Shown: piece by piece, positions 24,369-37,217 of the stretch | Position numbering within the stretch: the stretch's first letter is position 1 | How the letters are laid out: every line of letters begins with the position of its first letter | Assembly: GCA_965153285.1 (NCBI GenBank) | Contig: OZ229111.1 | Length of the DNA stretch: 64,000 bases | DNA from: Podarcis tiliguerta | Taxonomy: Eukaryota | Direction: 5' to 3' (one strand) | The notes under the pieces: generated by a model | The model's database searches: none | What the model was told of the DNA's origin: nothing | What the model saw: the letters and a program-made list of their open reading frames with translations, nothing else | Program-made: the position numbers and the translations under genes

Positions 24369-24592
24369 TTTCAGGCAGGTAGCCGTGTTGGCCTGACGCA
24401 TTCGAAATAAATAAAAAAATTAAAAAATTGTCCAGTAGCAACTTAGAGACCAACTAAGTTTGTTTTGGGGCATAAGCTTCTGTGTGTTTGCATACTTCTT
24501 CAGATACACACAGATGTGTATCTGAAGAAGTGTGCATGCACACGAAAGTTTATACCCAGAACAAACTTAGTTGGTTTCTAAGGTGCTACCAG
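24369..24592. mobile_element. Penelope-like element terminal repeat in inverted (hairpin) arrangement
   Basis: ~75-bp arms 24435-24510 and 24515-24589 around a 4-nt spacer; GTAGCCGTGTT and TAAGGTGCTAC motifs typical of reptile Penelope-like ends. Confidence 0.75.
24518..24555 (+). ncRNA. Minimal type I hammerhead ribozyme core (Penelope-associated)
   Basis: GTAT-CTGAAGA-A-GTGTGC-AT-GCACAC-GAAA-GTTT-ATAC: both catalytic boxes, stem II, and GTAT/ATAC stem I. Activity not demonstrated. Confidence 0.6.
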
Positions 24593-24660
24593 AAATTAGT
24601 GTTAACATTTCTGTCACAATGAGTTAGCACAAGCCTTAAGCTTAAAATAAATCACATATA

Positions 24661-24875
24661 CAGTGGTACCTTAGGTTACAGATGCTTCAGGTTACATATG
24701 CTTCAGGTTACAGACTCTGCTAACCCAGAAATAGTACCTCGGGTCAAGAACTTTGCTTCAGGATGAGAACAGAAATCGTGCTCCGTTAGCTAAAGTGGTG
24801 CTTCAGGTTAAGAACAGTTTCAGGTTAAGAACGGACCTCCGGAATGAATTAAGTTCTTAACCCGAGGTTCCACTG
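24661..24875. mobile_element. Tigger-like MITE (opposite orientation, internal deletion)
   Basis: TIRs and TA TSDs present. Confidence 0.88.
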
Positions 24876-25271
24876 TATTTTATTAGGTTTAAAATATTCT
24901 TTCTGTTTATTATTGCCACGTGCTCAGAGCCACTTCTGAGGCAGGAGGAGAAGTGGCTCTTAAGTCTTTCCGTCAAGTAAACAAAGTGAGTGGCTGCCGG
25001 GTCCCAGCTGCGAAAACAAATACAGATGGGAATGATTTTGTCTGTGACTTGGGGACAGGGAGATCAAAGTGGGAAGGATGTGCATCCTGAAGAAGGGGGG
25101 AATGGGAGATTTGCAATAAAGAGGATTGCTGTCATGATTCCCAGCTCAGCCAATCAACACGAGGGGCAGAAGGACATACAGCCTTTTGCACTGCATTGAT
25201 TGGAAGTTGCCAGAAAGGGGCTCGCATCTCCCCTGGCACTTTCCCCCTTCCACTCTGTGGACGGCTTAGAG

Positions 25272-25398
25272 CAGTCATAGGCAAACTTAGCTGTACTCAA
25301 CTACAATTCCCACAATCCCTGACCACTGGTCCTGCTAGCTAGGGATCATGGGAGTTGTAGGTCAAAAACATCTGGAGGGCCAAGTTTGCCTATGCCTG
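25272..25398. mobile_element. Palindromic hAT-type MITE (ACTACA core family)
   Basis: TIR CAGTCATAGGCAAACTT / AAGTTTGCCTATGCCTG; TSD gcttagag / gcttaatg. Confidence 0.85.
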
Positions 25399-28030
25399 GC
25401 TTAATGTGTCAAGAACCATGGGCTCTGTAATTGTTCAAGAAGCAGTGAGGCAACCCACTAAATCGAGCCGATATGTCTGGATTTCTTTTCAAAGTGGTTG
25501 GTTTTGATTTGCAATGCACATCTTCAGTGGGCAGTCCTTCCGTTACATAAGCCCTGAGAGCAGAGAGCGAGCATTTCTTTAAAAGGCAATAAGGCTGACT
25601 ATACTCTGTGGAGCAGATCCAGATTTCACCGTAACCGAAACAGCCCTCAAGTAGGCCGTCTGGTTGGCTTTTGGGAGTGGGAGCTATTCTGGAAATGTCT
25701 GGTGCCACTGTGATTATATTCCATGGTTTCCTCTTGGTTTCGTACCTTACATTCAGTAGCTCCCTTGACAGAAGGAGCCAAAACTAACAAAGATGTGGCG
25801 CTGGCAGAATATCTGGCCTGGGCTTTCCTGTTGATGGTGCTCTTTTGTGGCGCTGGAGCTGACAGCCCATGAGAAGGGAGATGCTTGGGCTTAAGGAGTG
25901 AGGATTTTATGAACAAAATCAGAACCGCACAGCAAGCAGAAATAAATAGGTGAAGCTTTTCCCAGCCCACGGGATGGGGTGCCAAGCCTATTTTGCCAAG
26001 ATTTTGACTGACTGCAATGGAGATTTTTTTTTTCCTGTTAGTCATGCTGCTGTAGCTTTTTGCTGCTGTTTTCGTTGTGTGTGTGTGGTTTTTCTGAATT
26101 GCATGCTTCATAGGATTGCTAGTCCTACTCGAGAGCAGGCTCACTGAAGTTAGCAGACATATCGGTGTTGTTTTTTGGTATGTAATAAGCATGGAAATAA
26201 GCATGAAAAAAATAAAATTAAAAAAAAAAGAAGTTAGCAGACATGACTAACTTAATGTTGTTCATTTCAATGGGCAGAAGTCATCAAATGAACATCGGCA
26301 GGGGTTTGCAGGATCCACTTCCCAGTCACCCCTGCTCTAAGTCCTTATGGAGGTGAGCAACTTTATCCTCAAAATGTGTTCCATTTTGTTTTCTGCTTAC
26401 CAGGATGATACATGTTAATCAGCCTTGTGTGCCTCTCAGAAATGTTCTGCCAGATGGGCTACTTGAGAATGCAATGGAGGTGGAGAAGAAAGCTCTTTTG
26501 CCACCTTCACTACCAGGCAGGTGTTGCCTTTACAGAAACCCTTATGCCTTCTGCATTTAAGCCATCTACTGGATGCTGCAGAGCAAATATACTCATGGCT
26601 CAAAGTTTCCTTGCTGCTGAATGAATCTACTTCATTTGGTGGCCTCACTCAGGAAAATACAAGAAATGAGACGGGTTTGGGAAAAGTACCAGAATGTTCA
26701 GGGCTTCTCTAAAAAACTTATCACTAAAGAATGCTCTTTTCTCCTTGCTTTTTGGACCAAAGTTTGCAGAATTAAACCTACGTTTCTGAAATCCCAAGAG
26801 GAAAGGCTGGGAGCCAGTTTCTTGACACGTCAGCTTGTGTACTGAGTGGCCTATTTTCCACTCCAGATGCAAGATATCTCTTGGGCAGAAACAGATGTAG
26901 GAGGGATGAAACCGTTCCCCTTCTATCCAGCAAAAGACTCAGAATTTCATTTGGAAGCCTCCCCTTTTAGAGACAGTGCTGCAGAAAAATTGCATATCTT
27001 TATTTGATTTGATTCCTGTCCTGTATGATGAAATTAAAGGTGCCTTTTCTTGCCCCACTAAATTAAGATCAAGTCTCACTTCAAGCATCTTCTTTTATCA
27101 GTGAAGGCATTAAAAGTCCTTTTAGTAGCCGATTGGTTTTGTGGCCTGCACCTAACAAATCATCTACACTAGCAACACCTGTGCAAATGTCATGCATTGC
27201 ACATTAAACAGGCAAGTTGATCGATAATGGAAACATTTTATAAAGTGTTTTGATATACTTTTTTCTATATTTCCTTAGGTTATATTAAGCAACCATGGGC
27301 TATTTGGGTGAGGAAAGGGAATGGATAAAATGGATAAGATAAAATAAACACGAGCCGCAATCCAGCACAAAGCTAGGCAAACATAACACCCCCCCCCCCA
27401 AAAAAAAGTGAAAGGACTTATGCACACTTAACTCTGTTTTGGATTGTGACATCAGCATTTGCGGAAGAGTCGGTGTTAACTCCTCAAACTTAAAACTGGC
27501 TACAGTTACTGACAAATATTAATGCTGGCTGTCTATTAAGAGCTCCACTGTGATAGTTTCCAGATGAATATGGCCTTCCTTCCTATGGGGGAGCGGATCT
27601 TCAGGCTTGCATAACCCCATTGCAACACCACAACCCATTCAAAGCCATGCACATGTCCCCTGTTTTTTACAGCCAGCAGATGCACAGGAAGGGAAGGTGT
27701 TGAAACATACAGACACCAGCCAGCTCTCAGTATTTAGGAGTGTAGTTAGTGACTAATTGCAAGACAGCAGGACGAAGTGGGCCATTTCCACTCACCAGTT
27801 CTAGCCTAGAAAAACAGATCCAATCCTAACATGCACTTCTGAAGCCAGGAACAGGAGGAGCAATGCAGGTGTTGTGATGTGGTCAGCTTGCATGGGTTTT
27901 AGATGTTTCCATAGTGATGTGGCAAAGGGCTGACACAATGGGATTTTGGAATTCACCCAGGAGCCAGACAACTGTCCCAGCCGCCTGTGAGCTTTATATC
28001 AAGCAAACCTGGCCTTGCACATTACACTTA

Positions 28031-29064
28031 GGCCACAACCATTGCATATATTTAAAGCACTCTTATGGCATTTTAAAAGTAATATTTTCCTCCCAGAAAA
28101 TCCCAGTTTCAGGGACCGTACTGAGGAGAGCTGCACTGAGGAGGAATCGTGGGAGCCTTCCCCTCCCCCTGACCCAGATCCTGAATCTTCCCAGGAGCAG
28201 GAGGAGCAGTATAGATTTGGAACAGTGATTTGCAGATGGGCACAGTTCAGAAGGCAGAAGCTGGGAAATACTGGATGGGGAACAGCTAGGAGAAGAAACA
28301 CTGGAAGAGAGAGGGTTAACNNNNNNNNNNNNNNNNNNNNNNNNNNNNNNNNNNNNNNNNNNNNNNNNNNNNNNNNNNNNNNNNNNNNNNNNNNNNNNNN
28401 NNNNNNNNNNNNNNNNNNNNNNNNNNNNNNNNNNNNNNNNNNNNNNNNNNNNNNGGACAACCATCCCAGATAGAAGGAGTGTACCATTCTTCAGTCAAGG
28501 GAGAGGATTAACAGATTCACAGTCTCTGGACAGCATTCCTCCACTGCGCTCCCCAAAGTCGAGAAGAGCTCAGGAAGTGGCAGAACAGAAAGCACAGAGG
28601 GTACAAGGTCAGATTACAAGACTTAGAAGTGACGTAGCTTAATAGGGACAGAAAGGCGTGGGATCCTTAATTGGGAGCACCGCCATTACTAGGAGATGTG
28701 TTCTTTGTTTTCTCACTGTGATGATTAAGGTTTCAAACTGGTAAGAAGACTCCTTTCCTTTGTTCTGCTTATCTACTGCCATGGAGGAGGAAGCTGATTC
28801 CCTGAAGCCTGACACCCAGGAACTGTAGTTTGTGAAGGGTGATGAGATTTGTTAGGAGACCCCTACTCGCCTCAGAAAGCTACAATTTTCAGAAATATTT
28901 TAACAATGAACCCCTCTTTCCAGGGAATTCTGGGAATCATAGCTCTGTGCGGGGAACTGAGGTTTTTGAACAACTCTCAGCATCCTTGACAAACTCAAAT
29001 TCCCAGGATTCTTTGGGGGAAGACATGGCTATTTAAGTGGTATATGTATGGTAAAGATGTGGCT
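28031..29064. mobile_element. PIF/Harbinger-like MITE interrupted by an LTR-like element
   Basis: GGCCACA.../...TGTGGCT ends with TTA/TAA flanks; the two halves join into a sequence like 59905-60135. Confidence 0.6.
28107..28814 (+). mobile_element. Solo-LTR-like element (contains assembly gap 28321-28454)
   Basis: T(T)TCAGG...CCTGACA inverted termini, 5-bp TSD cccag (28102-28106, 28815-28819). Strand inferred from purine skew only. Confidence 0.7.
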
Positions 29065-32000
29065 TAAGTCTCACTTTCCCATCTGTAAAATAGGAACCGT
29101 AGCAATATACCATCCAACCCCAAAGAGCTGCTGGCAAAATGAACAGAGTGCAGATTTCACAGGCAGGACCCTGTGAATTTTGCAAATCTGTAATCTCAAT
29201 TGTTTGTGGCCCCAGAATGTTTATGGGAGTCACTGTCAATGGGAGGATCAGGTGAATGCTAGAATTCTGCTTTGCCTGACCCCACAGCCACCATTTTGGT
29301 TATTCCGATCAGTGACTGCACCACCACCCTTACAATGGCTCCAGCCTCCTCCTCTTTCATCCTTCCTTCAGCACCAGCCCTCTTCCATACATCCTGTGAA
29401 TACCACTTATGTGCATCCACATAGCAGCCTCTTGCTTCTTCTGCGTTGTTCTGGTCTTTATAACACTCAATGACGTGGTGGAATGTCAACAATACGGAAA
29501 CAGCTCATTCCATCATTATAATGTTGCGAGCCCTTTGGAGTGTCTGGTGAGCTGTAAGGAGGATATAGTTCTATGCATGTGTACACCCATACACAATGCA
29601 ACATCTGCTTCCCATTTTATGGAGATCTGCATGTTTTAAAACTTCACATAATTGTGGTGCTGAACGTAGGGTGGTTCACTTCCAAATATGAAAAATCTTC
29701 TTTCCTAGCCCTGTATTTTCAGGTCTCAAGACAGTTGATGTGGTTACTTCACTCTCACAGCATCTAAATATACCATTGATCCTGAGGGAGCTCTTTAGTT
29801 CGTTTAAGGCAAGTGTTGGTGACCCTGTGGCCCTCCAAACGTTGGATTCTGACTCCCATCAGGCCCAGATGGCATGGCCAATGGTCAGGGATTATTGGAA
29901 TGGCAGTCCAGGAACGTTTGGAATGTCACAAGTTCACCATCCCTACTTCAACGCCAGACTGGTTGGGAAAGAGGTTAGGACATCTTCTCTTTGAGTTGTA
30001 GCCAACTTAGTTTTACTCAGTGTAAATCCATTGGAGGTAATAGATTTAAGGAAGTCATGTTCATGAACATTGATGGGTCTACTCTGAGTATGACTAGCAT
30101 TGAATGCAGCCTTTTTATCTTTATTTGTCTGCGGCAATATATTCATTTCTAGATGTTCTGCTGTTGCTTTAAGGTAACCATTGCACCATTGTGCCCGTCA
30201 CAAACCTTTTCTTCTCTTCCATTTGGTGGAATTTGGTTTACTTTTGGGTGTTAGGGTAGCATTGTATAGTTTCAGAGCTCTGCCCCCAGAACCTCCAAGA
30301 CCAGAAGTTAATGTCAGTTCACATTTTCCTTTTGTGTATCATGGAGAAAAACATTAAGTGAACTGTCTCAGGGAGCAAGTTGTGTCTGAGGGTTTCTCTT
30401 GAGGGAACATGATTCACAGTTAAGTCATGCATTTCTGGATTCCTCCCTCCAGTACCATAAATTTCTGTCAGATTTATGGAAACTTCCCCAGTTACATGTG
30501 TTAACTTGTTTCTGTCTCTATCTAGAATGAGATGCACTGGGCCCATAATTCATGTGTCTGCACTGTTCACACACAAAGCATAAGAATGCATTAAGGACAT
30601 AACAGCAAATGTCTTTAGGTCCCTCTTCAGCCTACTATGTGGCATATTCTCCAATGGTACTTATTTAATAGCTGTAGTACTCTATTATGTATACTGGTGG
30701 CCACTATGGGCTGCATCTACTTTTGGTTTGATCTCCTTACCTTGCTAGCATGTACCAAATTTTAGAATTCCGGCTGTTTTTGTATGTGGGAAGTAATGAG
30801 ACAATTAAAACATGAAAATTTAACAACATGCACGACTGTGGCTCCTCCACCCAATGCTCATCAGAGCATAGTAATGGAGCCCATTTCTGATGCTGGGGTT
30901 AGATCAGAACAAGTGACATTATATAATAGATTCTGAGCACATGTGGAATTTATTTTCTCCACAGCTGAGCAGCAACTAGATCCCTAGTGATCCTGTGTTA
31001 AGTATAAAGGCTTCCCAGGCAACATGGAGGCAGGGCTCAATTCTCTACTGCACATCATTTGAGGATTTAAGACTTCTATCCAATACATAAAGTCCCATTG
31101 AATTCAGTGGACCTTGCTTCTGAGTAGACATGTGCTTGATTGCTGTGAAATCACTGTATGAGTCCTGTTGCAATTCTGCACACTTGTACAAGCTAGGCAC
31201 ATTTGAGAAAACAAAAAGCCCCAGTTGTTGCTATCTTAGAAAACAGCTACTACCTTCTAGTAACACGTACTTACATTTGTAAGTGAAATACAGGGGGATA
31301 GCAATCTGTTTGATAAGCGAAGGACACTCAGATTATTATTAAGAACTCCTTGTTCCCCCCTCTATTAAGAGCCAAGACATTAGCCAATCCCACAAGCATC
31401 CCCTCACTTTTTCTAGCAAAGCAGCTCCTCCCAAGGACATGAAAGCCAAGCTTAGCTTTGTGCAAGGAAAGTGGAGGGGCTGGAGGGGGTCTAGGCTTTG
31501 GTGCTGCTTCAGTGCAGCTTCTTTTCTGCATTGGCTAATCGTAATTGCAAAGACATCCATGTGCTGGAACTCGCAAAGGATGAGGATTCCTGGTTAAATT
31601 CTATCTCCCTTTTTTCTGATGCAATTGCTCCTTTTTGCTTTTGTCAATGCTCTGCATTCAGCTGCCACGTATGTAAAGAAGTTGCAGTTATAATTATCTT
31701 GCTGGCTCTGTCATTTGGTGCTCTTTAAGGGAAGGTTTCGCTTCAGGCCAGAACGCAGAGCATTTAAGCAGCTGCCACGTTGCAAGCAGAAAGCGAGCTG
31801 GTTCCACTCTTTAAACTTTTCCAGATGTTTTTGTCTTAACAGGACAAGTCCCAGCAGCTGCACCATTTCAATGCCTCGAGGCTGGAAGGCATAACTAGTC
31901 CACCGCAGAAAACATTCAGCCTTGCTGGAGCAAGTGACTGAAATGCAGGAATGGGAATTGTACAGAAGCATCTAAGCCGGTTGCCACCTTTTAAACTGGA

Positions 32001-32417
32001 TCAGCTCCTGTGCCTTTAACAGCAGACCAATGTGCAAGTTGCTAGTAAAGCTTTTTCAAAAAATCTCTTATGTCCATAACAGCAAGGATGGAGAATTTGT
32101 GGCCTCCCCCCATAACTTTGATGGAATTCATCTCCCATCAGCATGGCCAGTGGTCAAGGATGATTGGGAGTTGTAGTTCAACAACATCTGGAGGTCCACA
32201 GGTTGTCCATCTGTGCCNNNNNNNNNNNNNNNNNNNNNNNNNNNNNNNNNNNNNNNNNNNNNNNNNNNNNNNNNNNNNNNNNNNNNNNNNNNNNNNNNNN
32301 NNNNNNNNNNNNNNNNNNNNNNNNNNNNNNNNNNNNNNNNNNNNNNNNNNNNNNNNNNNNNNNNNNNNNNNNNNNNNNNNNNNNNNNNNNNNNNNNNNNN
32401 NNNNNNNNNNNNNNNNN

Positions 32418-32797
32418 AACTTGGCGCGCGCGCGCGTTTAACTTTCCTGATGACCGTTTCCTCGCTCCCTGACGAGGGTGTGGCCACTCCTGCCTCACGC
32501 TCTCCCTCTGCCTGCGCGCTCCCTGATCCCGATGCCTTGGACTCCTCCCCCCTACTGCACTCTGGGGGGGAAGCTGGTCCGGATTTCCAGCTGTTACTCT
32601 CTGAGTCCTCTCTGGCCCCTTCTTCCCGAGGTGTCCCCCTTGCCCTGACCATGGGGGCCCCTTTCTGTGAATCCTCCGAGTCACTGGAGAGACTCAGAGA
32701 CCTCGGACTACTGTCGTCGCTGACATTTCCTTCTGACTCCTCCCCCTCGCTCTCCGTTTCCTGCCTCTCCAGTGACTCTTCTCCTGAACCCCTGACA
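32418..32797 (-). mobile_element. LTR-like element, other end lost in assembly gap 32218-32417
   Basis: Minus strand begins TGTCAGG; GC/CpG-rich, abruptly different from the flank; only one terminus visible. Confidence 0.55.
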
Positions 32798-34277
32798 CAC
32801 ACGCTTAGGCACAAGAGAGGCAAACTAATGCATACTGGATGGGAGTGAGTTCCATTTAACTCAGTGGGCTTTACTTCTGAGTAGGCATGTATAAAATCGC
32901 CCTGTCAGTGTCCACATATAATCTTCTTGGGTATTTGACTCCCAACTATTCTCAGAAAATGCAGCAGTTAGGGGCCAACAAAAGGGCCGGCCAAGTTATT
33001 GCACTCCAGGATGGAGAGGTTGTTTTTGTTTTTGCACACCTAAGCCACACATCACCTGTGCACATCCTATCAGAATGTCTCAGTCATCAATGGTGAGCTG
33101 CACAAGGATGCTACAGGCTACATACGGCAACATGCAAGCAACACACTACCACCTCATGTCTTCTTTGCCCTGAGGTTTGATTCCCACACTTCTGGTTGTA
33201 CCTTGAAGCCCAAACCAGGTGCTGGGACTACATGAGTTCCCTATGTTGAGCTGGCCTTAGATACACTCATGCTTACTCTTTTCAAAAAGGGGTTGGTTGA
33301 AGATTGCTCTCACACACCCTAGGCCAAGCTGAACATGACACACACACCCCAGCTACGTGGCCATTAAGTACTCATTGTAAATCATAGACAAACATTCTCC
33401 GAATGTTCCTTTTTATTTGAATCCCAAACATTTGAAAATGAGAACATGACTATGAGAAACCAGGATGCTGCTCCAGTCCACATTTCTGGTTTTCCAAAAT
33501 CTTTTTTCTTCTTTTCTTTCAGGGCCAAATACCAACAATCCAATTCATTTGTATACCTTCTCTTTCAGATGGGTGTGTCAGACATGCCCCCCCAAATAAA
33601 ACAACAGTTTTCCAGTCACCTTCAGTAATTGATGGACCAACCTTCTCCTCCCAACCTTATCTAAAATGCTCCTTCATTTTCAGAGTTAACATTTTCTCAC
33701 TGTTTAAAATGAAGTCTTTGTTAAAATGTGGGGGGGGGGGGGCGTTGACAAACAAGAGTCCTAAAAGGACTTTTTCTTTGAAAGTTCTTTGCCATGGAAA
33801 TTCTTAAGGGACATGCCTGGTAGCATTATGAATGAGTTGTTCAAAGACAATGATGCTTCCTGCTTTTGATTTATGAAATATCATAAATGAGGTTTGTGAA
33901 CCATCACCATTGTTATACAGTAACAGTGTCACACACAAAAAGAACAACACAGACGGAAATTTGCTACTGGAACCTAGTGAGTCACCAATCCCATCCTTTT
34001 GAATATGTATCATGAATAATCTAATTGATACCTCACTGACTAAGATCATGCATTCCAGCTACTTAGGTTTTGCTGCTCAATCTGTAGACATCTCAGAGCT
34101 ATCTGTTGGCCACAGAGGTCATGCTGAAGCTGCCCGACAGCTGGACTACATATGATTCAGTCCCATTTACGACTCCCTTGAGGGAATTCTCCCCCTCCCT
34201 GGTTTTGCCTTTAATCTCGCAAGAAAAAAGAATTGTAATTGAATCGGGAATTCCAGAGAGTCAAAACTTTCCATTTA

Positions 34278-34519
34278 CAGTGGTACCTTGGGTTAAGTAC
34301 TTAATTCGTTCTGGAGGTCTGTTCTTAACCTGTAACTGTTCTTAACCTGAAGCACCACTTTAGCTAATGGGGCCTCCTGCTGCTGCCGTGCCACTGGAGC
34401 ACAATTTCTGTTCTCATCCTGAAGCAAAGTTCTTAAGCTGAGGTACTATTTCTGGGTTAGCGGAGTCTGTAACCTGAAGCGTATGTAACCTGAAGCGTTT
34501 GTAACCTGAGGTACTACTG
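34278..34519. mobile_element. Tigger-like MITE
   Basis: TIRs and TA TSDs; very similar to 7765-8006. Confidence 0.88.
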
Positions 34520-34719
34520 TATGACTATGTAAGCTATAATTATTGAAGTTTTTGCTGTAGCTGATTAACCTATGCAGATTGATAATGTTGAAGCAAGTGT
34601 TGACCCGCTACTGTGAGCATCTTTCTATCATTGATAACCGTGCCTACATTACCTCTTCTGCCTACATTACCTCCTTTGCTGTTGCCTTGATGTTGGAAAA
34701 CAAATTCAAGGTAAATGTC

Positions 34720-35050
34720 TTCAAGAAGGCCAGTGTCTCTATGTATGATCACAGCAGAGAGACACTTATTCGGACAGAGATGGAAAGATTTATTATTGTT
34801 TAGTATGGATAAATGGTTGTTGAAACTATGGGAGGCAAGGCTGATATGTTTGATTGGAGAGAGGTCATTAACAACAGTTAATGACTGTTGTTCTGTTATT
34901 AACAGAGAGGTTAATAACAATAATGGGAGAACCCCTTTTTGGACTTTCTGTGTGAAAAGGAAAATGTATGAATTTGGGACACATGGGTCTGAAGACTGGG
35001 GAAATATTGCTTAACAGAAAGTAGAACCGTTCTAGAGTGAATGTTTTGAA
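34720..35050 (+). mobile_element. L1-clade LINE ORF2 3' fragment
   Basis: AERHLFGQRWKD...MDKWLLKL...ARLICLIGERS resembles squamate L1 ORF2 C-terminus; decayed. Confidence 0.55.
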
Positions 35051-36517
35051 TAATTTCTTTTATGTAACTGACAGATAGAAAATTGGAAATCCTGTTTATT
35101 TCTCTCTCTCTCTCTTTTGTTTTCCTTTGGTGTCCTCTGCTCTGGGCCATTATTGGAGTCCAAGGATTACACACATATGAAGGAGGTAGGTGGATGAAAG
35201 GACCCTGGGTGAGAGGCAGGGTAGGGAAGATCTGCCAGGATGAGAGATTGGGAGAGGAAAGGAAATCTCCCAGGTGAGAGCTGGGAGGGCCCACTACTTA
35301 CTGTGGGAGACAAAGGTTAAGAGCTACATTTGAGAGAGGACTCTGTGTTTCCTTTTCTCTTTCTTTCTCTGTTCTTGTTCTTACCTAGATTAGTTTCTTT
35401 TAACTTACTGTATCACAAAAAAGCTTTAGCGAAATCTTATGGAAAAAGGGCAAGTTTAAATAGGAGCAGGGTTTTGGGGGAGCAGGGGGGAATCACTAAA
35501 ACTCACAGGCATTGTACTGCTTGAGATTTCTGAAATTATAAATATGCAGACAAGATGGTTGCCAACTCCTTAAATTCTGCTAGCATGAGGGAAGGCAAGA
35601 AAGAGGGTATCCCTGAAAACCAGTTACTGGGAACACCAAGTGGGGACCGTACTGTTGCCCCCAGGTCCAGCTTGTGTGGATTTACCACAGGCTGCTGTGG
35701 GAACACGATACTGGATTAGATGGGCCTTTGGCCGGATACAGTGAGACTCTTCTTAGGTTATCAGCCAAAAGGTTGGAGAGTTTCTACTCAAGGCTAAGTT
35801 GCAATCTATCAATATATAAATGTAAGAATGTTAATAATGTAGATGACAACCAATCCCCTCACCGCCAACCCCCAGTTTATAAATGGCTGTGGTTAATACT
35901 ATAAAATGCTGTGTTTCACAAACTAAGTTTTTTTGGAAATTCAGCTTATCTCCCTGGAAAAAAGGGATATCCATGTTAATGGTGTTTTTATTTTCATAGA
36001 CTTGTTATAATTCCTATTATAGCAATAATAATAATAATCTGGATTGTATTACTGGTGTCTTTGGCCCCCCTTCTGCTTCGAGATATCATATATGCTTTCC
36101 ACAATTATTTTGCTCAGTGTTTTGATTTTGCATTTCAATACAATACAGGAAAAAACAAATAACTGTAGGAACTCTTGTTCACACCATTATGAGGTCACTC
36201 ACCACCCAACTGGCCACAACCCAACACAGAATTACTGTGCTTAAGCCCCTTTTAATCAATGGACTTAAGCTACATTGGATTGTTGCCACCCTCTTTGCAA
36301 TATGTGAACATGCCCTGAATAGGTTTACGAGGTCAGACGGATCCCTCCGTCTCTTAACAATGCAGACTCTCCTTCCGTATACACTTAAGGCCACTCCACA
36401 CAAGACGATTTCCCTGTTCTGTAGGTGGGAGGATACAATATCCTAAGGGGCTGCTGCCAAAAATGGTACCCCTGTGTTCATTTTTTCACAGTATACAGTA
36501 TGTTGTAGTGGGGCTTA

Positions 36518-36871
36518 GGTAAAGGTAAAGGGACCCCTGACCTTTAGGTCCAGTCGTGGCCGACTCTGGGGTTGCGGCGCTCATCTCGCTTTATTGGCCG
36601 AGGGAGCCGGCGTACAGCTTCCAAGTCATGTGGCCACCATGACTAAGCCGCTTCTGGCGAACCAGAGCAGCGCACGGAAATCCCATTTACCTTCCCGCCG
36701 GAGTGGTACCTACTTATCTACTGTCACTTTGACGTGCTTTCGAACTGCTAGGTTGGCAGGAGCAGGGACCGAGCAACGGGAGCTCACCCCGTCGCAGGGA
36801 TTCAAACCGCTGACCTTCTGATCAGCAAGTCCTAGGCTCTGTGGTTTAACCCACAGCGCCACCCGTGTCCC
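36518..36871 (-). mobile_element. Full-length Sauria SINE
   Basis: tRNA-like head GGGACACGGGTGGCGCTGTGGGTTAAACC, (ACCTTT) tail, perfect 14-bp TSD tgtagtggggctta (36504-36517, 36872-36885). Confidence 0.95.
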
Positions 36872-37217
36872 TGTAGTGGGGCTTACTAGTACCATTATCC
36901 TGAGCACATCATAGCTGAGCAGGGACGTAGAATTAGCATAATAACAGCAGGACGCAAGGAAAGTTGAGTTCCATGCTGTACGTAGATGGGGGAAAGGGAA
37001 TGTGATGCTGGGCTGCTGTTTTCAGAAGCAGGCTTAGGGGGGACAGTTGTGTGGGTGATGTGTAGTTTCACTGTGGAAAAAACCAGACACCAAGTTGGGA
37101 AGTGCCACCATGAGTATTAATTCTGCCACATGGATTAAAAGTCTCTGTATGCACTTTGTCGTTCTTCTGACCAAGCTTCTGTTCTTTCATACAGAGCTCT
37201 GACTGGTGAGGGCCATT

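Noticed and set aside
25647-26204. 185-aa minus-strand ORF
   Set aside because: No recognisable domain; crosses simple repeats and an old repeat; compatible with chance.
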